Source: Alphaproteobacteria bacterium (lineage in GTDB: Bacteria > Pseudomonadota > Alphaproteobacteria > JABAAW01). Taken from it: DNA of 55,871 nucleotides. Where the stretch lies: contig JABABG010000063.1 of NCBI GenBank assembly GCA_014238315.1, positions 1 to 55,871 of the forward strand, written 5' to 3'. Both the position numbers and the translations under genes were made by a program. Position 1 is the first letter of the stretch, and the number at the start of each line of letters is the position of its first letter. The notes under the pieces were generated by a model. The model saw only the letters and a program-made list of their open reading frames with translations, ran no database searches and had not been told where the DNA came from. This document shows positions 9,183-19,099 of the stretch, piece by piece.

Positions 9183-9875
9183 TTACTCAAAGTAGGTGTC
9201 TTTGGCTTGACGCAGAGCTTTGTCGAAACGTTGCATTTCATCTTGGCTAGAATCGTTAGGTAGCAATCTATTTGGCAGTGCGTCGGTCGGTTTTTTGTCG
9301 CTTTTCAGAAAGTTGTAGCCTAAGTATAACAGCAGGGCTGAAATTAAGAACTTATCAAAACCGTCAGAGTTTTTCTTGTTGCTTGCTCCATTATTAATGG
9401 GGGTAGCAGGGACGCTCGCAGTTTGATTGTCACGATAGGCTTGTAGTTTTTGTTCGATGTTAGCGTCTTTACGCGCCAGCATAGAAATAGCAAATAAGGC
9501 TGCGTTTTTAGCTCCGTCAACGCTGAAGGTGGCAACGGGAACGCCGCGCGGCATCTGTGCTATCGATAAAAAAGAATCTAGTCCTTGCATTGCAGAATTG
9601 CCAATAGGAACGCCGAGGATGGGAATCAAGGTTTCGGCTGCCAGCATGCCAGGTAGGTGTGCTGCCCCTCCCGCGCCCGCGATGATCGCCTCGATGCCTT
9701 TGTCTTCAGCCTCTTGCGCGTATTCGCGCAGTCTTTGCGGCGTGCGGTGTGCCGAGAGAATGCGATGCTCGCAACCTATAGAAAATTGTTCGAGCAAATT
9801 TGTAGCCTCTTGCATCGTCGAATAATCCGACTGGCTACCCATAACAACAGCAATTTTAGGGTTACTATCTAGCAT
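9183..9875 (-). CDS. purE: N5-CAIR mutase with a ~70-aa C-terminal extension containing a hydrophobic helix
   Basis: VMGSQSDY, SAHRTP, AGGAAHLPGM and PVIGVP-like (ILGVPI) PurE motifs occupy roughly the first 155 aa. The remainder (..FDKFLISALLLYLGYNFLKSDKK..) has no PurE counterpart. Confidence 0.85.
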   Translation of the reverse strand: MLDSNPKIAVVMGSQSDYSTMQEATNLLEQFSIGCEHRILSAHRTPQRLREYAQEAEDKGIEAIIAGAGGAAHLPGMLAAETLIPILGVPIGNSAMQGLDSFLSIAQMPRGVPVATFSVDGAKNAALFAISMLARKDANIEQKLQAYRDNQTASVPATPINNGASNKKNSDGFDKFLISALLLYLGYNFLKSDKKPTDALPNRLLPNDSSQDEMQRFDKALRQAKDTYFE

Positions 9876-9937
9876 GATTCATAAATGTTAGCATTAATGG
9901 GGGCTGGCTGGCAATGCAACGCAACTGCGTCAACCCT

Positions 9938-11347
9938 CTATATCAAATTGTTTGCGCGCGTTATCATCTCCTCAAGGCGTGAGGCGGTGCGGGGGAACTC
10001 TTGCGCGTGGCTCAAACCGCTATACAGCAAGCGCGGAGTAGTAGCCTTCGTAGCGCACAGCACGAGCGCGTCTTCCTCGTAGAATAGGTCTATCAAGCGC
10101 ATGAAACGCTTCGTCTCGTTACGATGTTTTTCGCTGAGCTCTGGAATCTCGGTGAGGAATAGTAAGTCGCAGCAAGCAAGTAGCGCACGATAGTCACGAA
10201 CGCCGCGCGGAAGTTGACATATCTTGGCAAAACTGCTCAACCCTACGCCGTGGCGAACAGAACTATTATACACATTTTCGCGCTGTAGTTTTTTGTTAGC
10301 CTGTTTTTTATTAGGCTCTTTTTTACTAATTTTGCCGTATTGCTCTAGAACTAGCTCTCGCCCTTCGCACAGCACAATCTTATTTTCTTCCAACGAGCCA
10401 CCGCGGATAGAGAGCGCAAACATAGCGCGAATGCGCTCACCCCCTTGTGAGTGAGAAAACCATAAATCAGAAAATAACGAACCTCGTTTCTCTCTGTTAG
10501 CTCCGTCGGGCGTGCTAGCATCGTAGTGCTTGCGTTGCTCACCTTTTGCAAGAGGAGTTTTTGGTGAAGTCTTTATAGTGGCTTTTTTTAAATTCATACT
10601 TCGGTAGTCGCACACCGCGTGCAACGCTAGGCTTTGTACTCGCGCGGCTATTATTTTGAGAAAGGGTAGAAAATTATCTCTTTTAAGCCCGCCCTTATAA
10701 AGCTCTCGCAAAGCGAAGTTGGAGGTAGCAACAAGCACAACCCCATGCTGCAATAAAGCCTCGAACAATCGTCCGAGTAGCATGGCATCGACTATGTCCT
10801 CGACGATAAACTCGTCGAAGCAAAGCAACCTGCTTTGCGTAGCGACACGCCGTGCAAGCCGCGCCATAGGGTTGCGAACTTTGCTACGATTGAGCTCGGC
10901 TATTGCCGCGTGCATACCTTCCATAAAGGTGAGAAAATGAATACGCTGTCTCGTAAGCCGATCTAGTCTCGGGGTAGATTCAAGCGAGCGATAGAACAGT
11001 TCCATCAGCATAGACTTGCCACCACCAGGCGCGCCCCAAAGGTATAAACCCTGCCACTCCTTATTGCTACGCGCTGGGCCTGTGGAGGGGGTTGGCGCGC
11101 GCAATCTCTCCGAAAACACCCTCGGTAATATACCCAGCAGTCTTTCTGGCAGGCTTTTCTTGCCAAAATCCGCAATGAGTTGCTCGCGTAAATCATCGAG
11201 TGCCATTGCAGCCCTTCTTTGCGCAGGGTCATCGTTGAGCTCACCCCTAGCGACTAGCCTATCAAACGTGGCAAGGACGCTATTGTATGAGCTATCGGGT
11301 GGACCGGTGGGTAAGTCTGTAGATTTAGAAGAAGGGGTCACGGACAA
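9938..11347 (-). CDS. zapE: ZapE/AFG1-like ATPase
   Basis: Walker A is [15 protein letters not shown] and Walker B is [16 protein letters not shown], followed by LVATSN and [14 protein letters not shown]. It is longer than typical because of internal Lys-rich insertions. Its start overlaps the purA 3' end by 23 nt. Confidence 0.8.
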   Translation of the reverse strand: MSVTPSSKSTDLPTGPPDSSYNSVLATFDRLVARGELNDDPAQRRAAMALDDLREQLIADFGKKSLPERLLGILPRVFSERLRAPTPSTGPARSNKEWQGLYLWGAPGGGKSMLMELFYRSLESTPRLDRLTRQRIHFLTFMEGMHAAIAELNRSKVRNPMARLARRVATQSRLLCFDEFIVEDIVDAMLLGRLFEALLQHGVVLVATSNFALRELYKGGLKRDNFLPFLKIIAARVQSLALHAVCDYRSMNLKKATIKTSPKTPLAKGEQRKHYDASTPDGANREKRGSLFSDLWFSHSQGGERIRAMFALSIRGGSLEENKIVLCEGRELVLEQYGKISKKEPNKKQANKKLQRENVYNSSVRHGVGLSSFAKICQLPRGVRDYRALLACCDLLFLTEIPELSEKHRNETKRFMRLIDLFYEEDALVLCATKATTPRLLYSGLSHAQEFPRTASRLEEMITRANNLI

Positions 11348-12605
11348 CTATCACATCTTCGCGCTCAGGGCTGGTCGAAAGCATCGAGACGGGTTGATGG
11401 ATCAGCTCTTCTATACGCCGTACATACTTTATCGCCTGGGCAGGTAAGTCTGCCCAAGAGCGCGCGCTACGAGTAGAGGCGAGCCAACCGGGCATAGTCT
11501 CGAAGACTGGCTCTATGCGCGCTTGCAAAAAAGGATGTGGCGGTAAGTGAGTCCAATGCTCGCCATCTATCCTATAGCCTACGCAGATGTCTATCTCCTC
11601 AAAGCTGTCCAGAACATCCATCTTCGTCAAGGCGATGCCATCTACCCCCGCGATGATGCCCGACTGGCGCACTAGCACCGCGTCAAACCATCCGCAACGG
11701 CGTTTGCGGTTCGTAACGGTGCCAAACTCATTGCCAAGCCTGCCTAGCCGCTCGCCAGTATCGTTATTTTGCTCGCTCGGGAATGGTCCTAAACCCACGC
11801 GAGTCGTATAGGCTTTCGTGATGCCAAGCACAAAACCTACGCGTCTAGTAGCTACACCGCTGGAGCAGGCAGCCTCGGCTGGAACAGTGCGCGAAGAGGT
11901 GACATAGGGAAATGTGCCGTGGTCGAGGTCAAGCTGCACCCCTTGTGCTCCTTCAAAAAGAATTTGCGCATGACGCCTGCCTTCGAACAATTTCCAAACC
12001 GGTTGTGCAAAAGATAAGACGCGACTAGCTACCTCCTCTAATGTCTCTAGCATCTCTTGCAGGCTCGGCACTTTGTCTTGCTTATTGGCGAAGAGTGGTG
12101 CGTGGTAATCGACAAGAGCAGCTAGCCTCTTTCGCAGGTAAGCCATATCCGCAAGGTCGCAAACGCGCAAAGCACGTCGCGCCGCCCGATCTGCGTAAGC
12201 AGGTCCGATGCCTCGTAGGGTCGTGCCGATTCCTCCATACAACGCCTGTTCCTGCAGTTTCTCGATGCAGCGATGTATCGGTAGAATCAGAGAGGCGTTC
12301 TCCGCTATAACTAAATTGTCTGGCGAAACTTTAACTCCGCGCGCTTGTAGCTTGTCTATCTCTTGCAATAGGGCTTGCGGGTCGATTACAACGCCACTAG
12401 CGATTACCGCAAGTTTATTTTCACGCAATATGCCCGAAGGCAACAAGCTTAGCTTGTGTATCTCTCCGTCTATTACCAGCGTATGCCCCGCGTTATGTCC
12501 CCCTTGAAAGCGCACGATGATGTCCGCGCGCTCGGAAAGCCAATCGACTATCTTACCCTTGCCTTCGTCACCCCACTGCGTGCCAATAACCGTAACGCTG
12601 CTCAT
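11325..12605 (-). CDS. purA: Adenylosuccinate synthetase
   Basis: The N-terminus [30 protein letters not shown] and TKMDVLD are near-invariant PurA motifs. Confidence 0.95.
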   Translation of the reverse strand: MSSVTVIGTQWGDEGKGKIVDWLSERADIIVRFQGGHNAGHTLVIDGEIHKLSLLPSGILRENKLAVIASGVVIDPQALLQEIDKLQARGVKVSPDNLVIAENASLILPIHRCIEKLQEQALYGGIGTTLRGIGPAYADRAARRALRVCDLADMAYLRKRLAALVDYHAPLFANKQDKVPSLQEMLETLEEVASRVLSFAQPVWKLFEGRRHAQILFEGAQGVQLDLDHGTFPYVTSSRTVPAEAACSSGVATRRVGFVLGITKAYTTRVGLGPFPSEQNNDTGERLGRLGNEFGTVTNRKRRCGWFDAVLVRQSGIIAGVDGIALTKMDVLDSFEEIDICVGYRIDGEHWTHLPPHPFLQARIEPVFETMPGWLASTRSARSWADLPAQAIKYVRRIEELIHQPVSMLSTSPEREDVIVVRDPFF

Positions 12606-13768
12606 CTTTTTAGAGGTTTTAGCGTTTTGCCTATCAAAAGTGCATTGCAGCCGCTCTGCTCGGCAGCCGTTTCCAACTGCGCAAGATTACATTCTTCTAA
12701 CGCTTGCACTACTACCGCCCCTTTCGCTCTATGCTGGTCTACGCTCTGCCTAGTAGCATTATATTCTGCGTAGATGCGTATCGCACGAGGTGGACTCTTG
12801 ACCATTTCCGCAAGGGAATCTAGGTAAAAGGAGCAGCCGATCGCAGGTTCTCGGTCGAACGGTGAGCGATAAACGCCGCCGCGCCCAAGCGCACCGCGCG
12901 TATCGCGACAGAGTAAAGTAAAGGCAAAAGTTTCGTGATATGGAAACCCACGATTTTCTATAGGGTCGAGCGTAAGATGGATAGAGTCTGGCAAGTCTAG
13001 TTGCCCTAAGGTTTGCTCTAACCTATTCCAAAGCGGTTCTAACTTGCGCAAAACGCGTTGTTGTTGGCTAATCTTTTGTAGAGATTTTAAAGTTGTACTA
13101 GCCTCGCCTCGATGTTCAAATAGCGATTGGCAAGCAGTTACCAGCTCGTCTTCGCCAATATCCTCTAGTTTGTCTTTGCTACGCCGCGTGAAGCTATCTA
13201 ATAGGCTCGCTTGTTGTCGAGCGTTTAATTTTTGTTCCTCGCACAGCAGTTGCGCAAGGTTGGGTGTGGTTATCTCGATGGTTGGTTCAGCAACCTCACA
13301 GCGTATCAGAGCTTTTGCAGCTAGCGTGAGAATCTCCGCGTCCGCTTGCGGAGAGTTCGCGCCGAAAATCTCGCAGCCCAATTGCGAGAATTGCCGATGC
13401 GGCTTAGCAGGCGTAGTGCGGGTCCGCAGGCTTGCGCCAGCGTAAGACAAGCGTAGCGGGCGGGCGGCGGAGCTGAGACGGCTCGAGGCAATTCTAGCAG
13501 CTTGCGTCGTCATGTCGCATCTGATTGCCATCATGCGCTGCGTAGTCGCATCGACTACACGAAAGCAATGACCATTGCGAAAGTCCCAAGGGCTGTGCGC
13601 CAGCAACGATTCTTCATACTCGACTAAAGAGGGCGCAATACGGCGGTAGCCGAAACTCGAAAATAACGATAGCAGTGTTTGTTCTAGTGCCTGCTCACGC
13701 TCAACCTCTGCATATAATAGGTCGTAAAAACCCTCTGGCAGCAACGAGGCGAGCACGCGCTCGCTCAC
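12602..13768 (-). CDS. hisZ: ATP phosphoribosyltransferase regulatory subunit (HisRS paralogue)
   Basis: [10 protein letters not shown] and [18 protein letters not shown] show class II aaRS-like core features without an anticodon-binding domain. The GTG start overlaps the upstream stop, and its own stop overlaps the purA ATG (ATGA). Confidence 0.7.
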   Translation of the reverse strand: MSERVLASLLPEGFYDLLYAEVEREQALEQTLLSLFSSFGYRRIAPSLVEYEESLLAHSPWDFRNGHCFRVVDATTQRMMAIRCDMTTQAARIASSRLSSAARPLRLSYAGASLRTRTTPAKPHRQFSQLGCEIFGANSPQADAEILTLAAKALIRCEVAEPTIEITTPNLAQLLCEEQKLNARQQASLLDSFTRRSKDKLEDIGEDELVTACQSLFEHRGEASTTLKSLQKISQQQRVLRKLEPLWNRLEQTLGQLDLPDSIHLTLDPIENRGFPYHETFAFTLLCRDTRGALGRGGVYRSPFDREPAIGCSFYLDSLAEMVKSPPRAIRIYAEYNATRQSVDQHRAKGAVVVQALEECNLAQLETAAEQSGCNALLIGKTLKPLKR

Positions 13769-14259
13769 AATGAACGAAGGTTATCGCCAGCAACCGCGTA
13801 TCTAGCAATACGCTCTGTCATAGGAGCTGTCGTCAAAAGCGCCTCAACAACAAAGGACAATACTAGCGAAACGTCCGCATCATCAACGTTTGTCGAGAGC
13901 TTACCCTCATACGAAAGGCAAATCATTTGACGAGGTGTGATGTAATAGCGCGCAGAAGAATGTAGCTCGATAGATTCCGCGTTAACTTCTTCAATAACCG
14001 CTATCGTCTTATGCCTACGAAGACTGCCAGATTCTACCGAGTAGGCAACATAGCCGACAAAACCAAAAAGGCGTAAGCCAGTCTCGTTATGTTTCTCTAA
14101 CAGATAGCTAGCTTTATTGTGGAAAAAACCAAACAAGCTGTTCTGTTTGTAGACTATCTGTCCGTGAGTGTTGGCGCGCACAGATTGCAGAACAGAAAAA
14201 ATGCTACCCATAGGGCGCGCCGCGGATTTGCTCGTTAGGGCAGGAGTGAGAGTGCTCAT
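13765..14259 (-). CDS. Hypothetical protein (164 aa), translationally coupled to hisZ
   Basis: An uninterrupted ORF whose stop overlaps the hisZ GTG (GTGA). I recognise no motif. Confidence 0.5.
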   Translation of the reverse strand: MSTLTPALTSKSAARPMGSIFSVLQSVRANTHGQIVYKQNSLFGFFHNKASYLLEKHNETGLRLFGFVGYVAYSVESGSLRRHKTIAVIEEVNAESIELHSSARYYITPRQMICLSYEGKLSTNVDDADVSLVLSFVVEALLTTAPMTERIARYAVAGDNLRSL

Positions 14260-14390
14260 AGTGTTATTATTTTACATCTTCCTTAAATCGATAGATTTTA
14301 CTTACAGCGGCAACCTTATGACATGCTCTTATAACATGCTATTAGGCTAGATTACGCATCGCATGTTGCGTGTAAATTAGAATTTAAAAC

Positions 14391-15029
14391 CTATTGCAAA
14401 AGAGGTATGAGACGTTGTTCCAAGTTTTTGAGTTCGTTTGCATCGACGCTCGTAGTTGCTTTTGCTTGCTCTAGTTGCCGCTTGATGCGTAGCTTGTCTA
14501 GCTCGTCAAGCGGAGAGGCTAGCAGAATCGCGATGCTCGTAGCCAGCCAAAATTTTTCATGCGAGAGTGAAGGGTGAGATTTTTCTGCCTGCTCTAGTGC
14601 CGCGCGGGCGGCGGCTTTTTCTCCTAATACGCTTTGTGCTCGCGCAAGACGTAGCCAATCTTGTGGCTCGCCGCCGCTCGCGTACAGTCGTTGCGAGAGA
14701 GAAGAGACCATCGTTTGAATACGCAACTCGCGCTCGGCGGGCGAGAGGGCTGCGAAAGTTGCTTGCGCCTCGCGGCTTAGAGCGTTGCTATCTACACCGC
14801 CCCGCGCAAAGCCACTTTGCGCGAGCTCGTCTTTGCTAGTAGCGGTTGCTACTAAAGGGTTGTCGGCAAGCCACAGCTGACCGATGTTGGCGTATACGGC
14901 AAAGGAAGTGCCAGGGAAAAATATACATAGGCTAGCAAACAACCAGCTACTAATGCGCGGGCGCGAAAAGTAAATCGCTCCGAGCAACAAAATATTAACG
15001 CAGAGGATGAATAGCAACAAAAATGTCAT
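14391..15029 (-). CDS. ccmI: Cytochrome c maturation protein CcmI/CycH-like (short form)
   Basis: Two N-terminal TM helices are followed by a TPR-like helical segment (PQDWLRLARAQSVLGEKAAARAALEQAEK). It is the last gene of the ccm array. Confidence 0.55.
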   Translation of the reverse strand: MTFLLLFILCVNILLLGAIYFSRPRISSWLFASLCIFFPGTSFAVYANIGQLWLADNPLVATATSKDELAQSGFARGGVDSNALSREAQATFAALSPAERELRIQTMVSSLSQRLYASGGEPQDWLRLARAQSVLGEKAAARAALEQAEKSHPSLSHEKFWLATSIAILLASPLDELDKLRIKRQLEQAKATTSVDANELKNLEQRLIPLLQ

Positions 15030-15075
15030 ACTAACCTAAGGTGTCGCGTTAAAATAAAAACAGACTAATAAAATA

Positions 15076-15116
15076 TGCCAATAAAATATATTGGGGTTGG
15101 CAACGGTACTGCCAAT
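15076..15116. other. Three-element inverted-repeat set (TGCCAA / TTGGCA / TGCCAA) plus a nested CCAATA..TATTGG palindrome
   Basis: Read directly. TGCCAA is at 15076-81, TTGGCA at 15097-102 and TGCCAA at 15110-15. CCAATA is at 15078-83 and TATTGG at 15089-94. All lie in the 159-nt ccmH-ccmI spacer. Confidence 0.6.
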
Positions 15117-15188
15117 CGGCATCACTCATGTTCGCAGACTACTATTATACAAGGCTATCACGCAAATTATTACACGTAGCGAATACTA

Positions 15189-15683
15189 CTACTTTGCCTC
15201 TAATCTTACCCTCGTGCGCGCGCGCAATACCAGTAAGCTAGCGCAGGCGAGTAGGAGCGGGGCAAGCCACAATAGTGCCGCAGAGCTAAAGCGCGGGCTT
15301 AACAACACGCCCTCGCCATAACGAGCAACTAGCCAAGCTAGTGCCTCTTCATCGCTTGCTCCCGCTTCTATTTTCTTGGCTAGCTCTTCTCGTAAAATGC
15401 GGCTTAATGGCGCATCCGATTCGGAGATAGGCTGCCCTGCGCATACGGGGCAACGGACTCTTCGGTAGAGACTCTGTAGCCGTGCATCGATGATACTGCT
15501 ACGCGTTATTGTCCTCGCTCGCGCCTCGTTTAGCAATTCGTCTTGTAGCAATTCGTCTTGCAACAATTCGTCTTGCGCTTCGCTAGTTCGCGCGTCGGTA
15601 GTTAGAGCAATGAGCAACAAATGGCACAAAAATAAAGCTACAAATGTGAAGTTAGGTGTCGGTTTAGTAGCGATCTTAGCCAT
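15189..15683 (-). CDS. ccmH: Cytochrome c-type biogenesis protein CcmH
   Basis: The RCPVCAGQ..SESDAP motif (LRCxxCQ type) and a C-terminal TM helix. The N-terminal region carries QDELL x3. Confidence 0.8.
   Translation of the reverse strand: MAKIATKPTPNFTFVALFLCHLLLIALTTDARTSEAQDELLQDELLQDELLNEARARTITRSSIIDARLQSLYRRVRCPVCAGQPISESDAPLSRILREELAKKIEAGASDEEALAWLVARYGEGVLLSPRFSSAALLWLAPLLLACASLLVLRARTRVRLEAK
15531..15575. repeat. In-frame 15-bp tandem repeat x3 encoding QDELLQDELLQDELL in CcmH
   Basis: tagcaattcgtcttg is at 15531-45 and 15546-60, and caacaattcgtcttg is at 15561-75. Confidence 0.9.
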
Positions 15684-15689
15684 AAGCTA

Positions 15690-16256
15690 TTATTGGGTTC
15701 CCTTCGTAGTTCCAGTGAGGATGCTAGCCAAGCCAAGTTGCATGCTCTCGCGAGTAAGAGGTCCAGCGTGGGTGAAACGGACTACCCCACTATCATCAAG
15801 AAAGAAAGTTTCTGGAACACCGGTAATACCCCACTCGATGCCCGCAACGCTATTTTCGTCTATTCCGATCATAAAAAATGGGTTACCATGCTTTACAATC
15901 CAAGCTCGCGCAGCCTCGCTACTATCATTCCAAGCAATGCCGAAAATGCGAATGTCGCCATTCTCCGACATCTCCATCAAAAGTGGATGCTCCGCGATGC
16001 AGGGTTGACACCAACTCGCAAAAAAATTAACAACAGTTGGTTTGTCGAAAGAACGCAAGACCGAATCGCTCATAACCCCTCCCATACTGCCGAGAGCCTC
16101 GCCCGTGAGAGCTTGGATACGGAAGTTTGGCATTTTTTGAACTTGCGATTCTATCGCTCCACGATTGGTAAGGTAGCGGGGCTCCGACAAAAATATGTAG
16201 CCGAGAGCAAAGATAATGACAGCAAAAGCAAGAATTGGAATTACAGATAATCTCAT
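15690..16256 (-). CDS. ccmG: Thiol:disulfide interchange protein CcmG/DsbE
   Basis: An N-terminal TM anchor and the thioredoxin motif FFASWCQPCIAEHP. GVPETF is also present. Confidence 0.85.
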   Translation of the reverse strand: MRLSVIPILAFAVIIFALGYIFLSEPRYLTNRGAIESQVQKMPNFRIQALTGEALGSMGGVMSDSVLRSFDKPTVVNFFASWCQPCIAEHPLLMEMSENGDIRIFGIAWNDSSEAARAWIVKHGNPFFMIGIDENSVAGIEWGITGVPETFFLDDSGVVRFTHAGPLTRESMQLGLASILTGTTKGTQ

Positions 16257-18256
16257 GGCAGTCGTCTCCTCCCGCTAGCTCTATTTGGCAGCAAAGATAA
16301 AATGCCTCCAAACACGGTAATACCAGCCCCGATCCAAACCCAAAACATCAGAGGCTTTAGTTGAACGCGCACCGACAAGCTATCGTCAAGTTCTGAAGAT
16401 GGCTTACTTGCGTTTCTCTTTATTGTAGCAATTGTTATATAGATATCTCTATAAATATTGCGGTCGATGGCAGCCTCTGTAGTCTCGATTTTGCTGGGAT
16501 GATAAACCCTGCGCGAGGGCGATAGGCTCTTTCCGTCCTTCTCGATAAAGGCAAAGCGCGCAACGCGTTCTTGGTAGTTAGTGCCAGTCCGAGCGAAGAT
16601 GTCTTGTAGCTCTAAAGTCGTCGAGGATAACGCGTTGTTGATTGTAATGCGCTCGCCAAGGCTCATCTTACGAAACTTTTCAATGTCCGTAAGGCTCGCG
16701 CAAGCAACGGCTATCAGCAAAATAGCGATGCCCGCGTGCGCAAACCTCGCACCGCGCGCGTGCTTCGAGCTACGCGTGCGTAGCGCACCGACCAAAGCCC
16801 AAAGGCCTAGAGCAACAGCGATAGCAACAGTAGCACTAGTGCGCGCAAAAACTAGCATCGCCAATCCGCCTCCGCAAGCAATCGGAGCTACCCAAAAAAT
16901 ATATCGTTTGACACGCGAAAGCGAGCTGCCTCCCCAACCCAAGACCGGCAGGAGTCCCAAGATTGCTACTAAAAGTAAAAAAAACGGGGTTAGGACATTC
17001 GCATAGTAGGGCGGTCCCACCGATAGCGTGTTGCCTGTAAAAAACTCGAAAAATAGAGGGTATAGGGTTGCCAGCATAACTAACGCACAGCAGCAGCTTA
17101 AAAGCAGTATGTTTAAGAACTGACCAGCTTCTCGCGAAAGTAGAGAGATGCGTCTATCGGAGGCTGGCTTATCCTCTGTGCTAGCAGTCTTGTCTCCATC
17201 CGCTAGCCTGCGCCAGGCAAAAAGGCATAGCGAGCTGCCAGTGATGAGGCTAACGCATAGCAAAATTATGATGCCTCGCAGGGGGTCGCTCGCAAAGCTA
17301 TGTACCGAGACGAGAACGCCAGAGCGGACAAGAAAAGTTCCTAGAAGGCTCGCGCTGAATGCAAGCAAGACCAACAAGATAGCCCAAGAGCGAAGGCTAT
17401 TAGTCTTAATGTACGACATAAGTGCGTGCAAGCCCGCGCTCGCTAAAAGCCAAGGCATCAAGGAGGCGTTCTCGACAGGGTCCCAAAACCAAAAGCCGCC
17501 CCAACCAAGTTCCTCGTAAGCCCAAAAAGCTCCAAGCGTGATTCCTGCGCCAAGAAAGCTCCAAGCGACAAGAGTCCAAACGCGAGTAGACTTTGCCCAA
17601 TCCGTATGCAAGTCGTTCAATATCAGTCCTGCCAAGGTCGTGCTGAAGGCAGCCGAAAGACCTACATAGCCCATATAAAGAAGAGGAGGGTGGATGGCTA
17701 AGGCCGGATGCTGCAGTATCGGATTCAAACCCTGTCCGTCTAGTGCCGATGGATAGAGGCGTGCAAAAGGATTCGAGAAAAAAAGCGTGAAAGCTAGAAA
17801 TAACGCGCAGATACCGCTCTGTATAGCAAGCGTCAATTGATTAAGACGCGTGGTTCTAGAGAAAAAAGCTATTAGGGCAGCAAAGGTACTTAACACAAGA
17901 ACCCAAAGTAACATCGAGCCTTCGTGATTACCCCACATGGCAGCGAACTTATATAAATCAGGTTTTTGCGAGTGGGAGTGTTGCCAAACTAACAGCACAG
18001 AAAAGTTGCTAAGCAAAAAAGCTCGGATTAGCATCGCGTTCGCAAACAAGCACAGCAAGAAGAGCGCACATGCCAAAGGACGCGAAAGGGCATAAATAGG
18101 GCTCATGTCAGGATTAGCACTAATCGAGGGTTGGGCAGAGTCGTTTGTATCTTTCTTCGAAAAAAACCCGCATAGCTCTAAAGATGGTAGAAGCGCAAGC
18201 GCACTCGCTACGCAAAGAGCTAAGACTAACGCGTAGTGACCTATCTCGACCGTCAT
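16253..18256 (-). CDS. ccmF: Cytochrome c heme lyase subunit CcmF
   Basis: A large polytopic protein with the WWD motif WGGFWFWDPVENASLMPWL. Confidence 0.9.
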   Translation of the reverse strand: MTVEIGHYALVLALCVASALALLPSLELCGFFSKKDTNDSAQPSISANPDMSPIYALSRPLACALFLLCLFANAMLIRAFLLSNFSVLLVWQHSHSQKPDLYKFAAMWGNHEGSMLLWVLVLSTFAALIAFFSRTTRLNQLTLAIQSGICALFLAFTLFFSNPFARLYPSALDGQGLNPILQHPALAIHPPLLYMGYVGLSAAFSTTLAGLILNDLHTDWAKSTRVWTLVAWSFLGAGITLGAFWAYEELGWGGFWFWDPVENASLMPWLLASAGLHALMSYIKTNSLRSWAILLVLLAFSASLLGTFLVRSGVLVSVHSFASDPLRGIIILLCVSLITGSSLCLFAWRRLADGDKTASTEDKPASDRRISLLSREAGQFLNILLLSCCCALVMLATLYPLFFEFFTGNTLSVGPPYYANVLTPFFLLLVAILGLLPVLGWGGSSLSRVKRYIFWVAPIACGGGLAMLVFARTSATVAIAVALGLWALVGALRTRSSKHARGARFAHAGIAILLIAVACASLTDIEKFRKMSLGERITINNALSSTTLELQDIFARTGTNYQERVARFAFIEKDGKSLSPSRRVYHPSKIETTEAAIDRNIYRDIYITIATIKRNASKPSSELDDSLSVRVQLKPLMFWVWIGAGITVFGGILSLLPNRASGRRRLP

Positions 18257-18295
18257 GCCCCTAGTCCCTTGCCTCTATGTTAGTGGTAGCTTTGT

Positions 18296-18811
18296 CTATG
18301 GTTGTTCGCGCCAGAGACTGCGCTTTTTCAAGCTTTTCTCTAGTCCTCGTGGCATATAGTATTCGTCGTGCTTCGCTAGCACGCGTTCGGCACGGAAGGT
18401 TGCTCGCCCGCGCTTGTCGGGAGCGCGCGAGGTGATCTCGCCTATCGCGACAACGCCTTGTCCCTCGCGGAATAAATCGGGCAAAAGACCGCGATAGCTA
18501 ACTGCAACTCGTGCTTGTCCGTCCGTCAAAGTAAAGCTAACCTCGCCGCTCGTGGCATCCTGCATCAGGCTACCCTCTACGACCAAACCGCCAAGCCGAA
18601 TGCGTCTGCCAACCAGGCTCTCACCATTGCCCTTACCTTCGAGCTCATCCTCGCTTGCTTTGATCGGTGCTATGTCCGATGGGACGAGGAAAAAGACGAT
18701 GTTCTCTCGCAAGGCACTTAAAATAAAAAAAACGCCTAAGCTCGCGCAAGTCAATAGCATCGCTATTGCTGCTAAGCGGCGTATCATCCTCTTATGTATC
18801 CTTCCTTTCAT
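18296..18811 (-). CDS. ccmE: Heme chaperone CcmE
   Basis: A TM anchor plus the heme-binding-histidine context VLAKHDEYYMP. Confidence 0.9.
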   Translation of the reverse strand: MKGRIHKRMIRRLAAIAMLLTCASLGVFFILSALRENIVFFLVPSDIAPIKASEDELEGKGNGESLVGRRIRLGGLVVEGSLMQDATSGEVSFTLTDGQARVAVSYRGLLPDLFREGQGVVAIGEITSRAPDKRGRATFRAERVLAKHDEYYMPRGLEKSLKKRSLWREQP

Positions 18812-18833
18812 AAGTGCTTCTTATCTATCAGCC

Positions 18834-19001
18834 TTATCTGTCAGTTTTATCTTTTGGTCTCGCGCTAGACTTTTCCTCGATTCTAACGCGTAGCCTACGC
18901 CGCTGGGCGTATAAAATACTCGCGAACAGGCATAGAGCTAGAAAAAAAATTATGTAGGCAAGCAAAACTAATGGCGGGAGCGAAAGAGCAAAACTAAGCA
19001 T
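18834..19001 (-). CDS. ccmD: Heme exporter protein CcmD (55 aa, below the ORF-track cutoff)
   Basis: Translated by hand: MLSFALSLPPLVLLAYIIFFLALCLFASILYAQRRRLRVRIEEKSSARPKDKTDR. It has a single TM helix followed by a basic tail and lies between ccmC and ccmE. The frame stays open upstream (..HHFLYV), so a non-ATG start further 5' is possible. Confidence 0.6.
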   Translation of the reverse strand: MLSFALSLPPLVLLAYIIFFLALCLFASILYAQRRRLRVRIEEKSSARPKDKTDR

Positions 19002-19099
19002 AACGTAAAGGAAGTGATGAGGGGTGTTGGCGAAAGTCGTAACAGCATCAGAATCTGCTTGTCGGTTAATATATCTGCTACATACACAGATGGTTGTCG

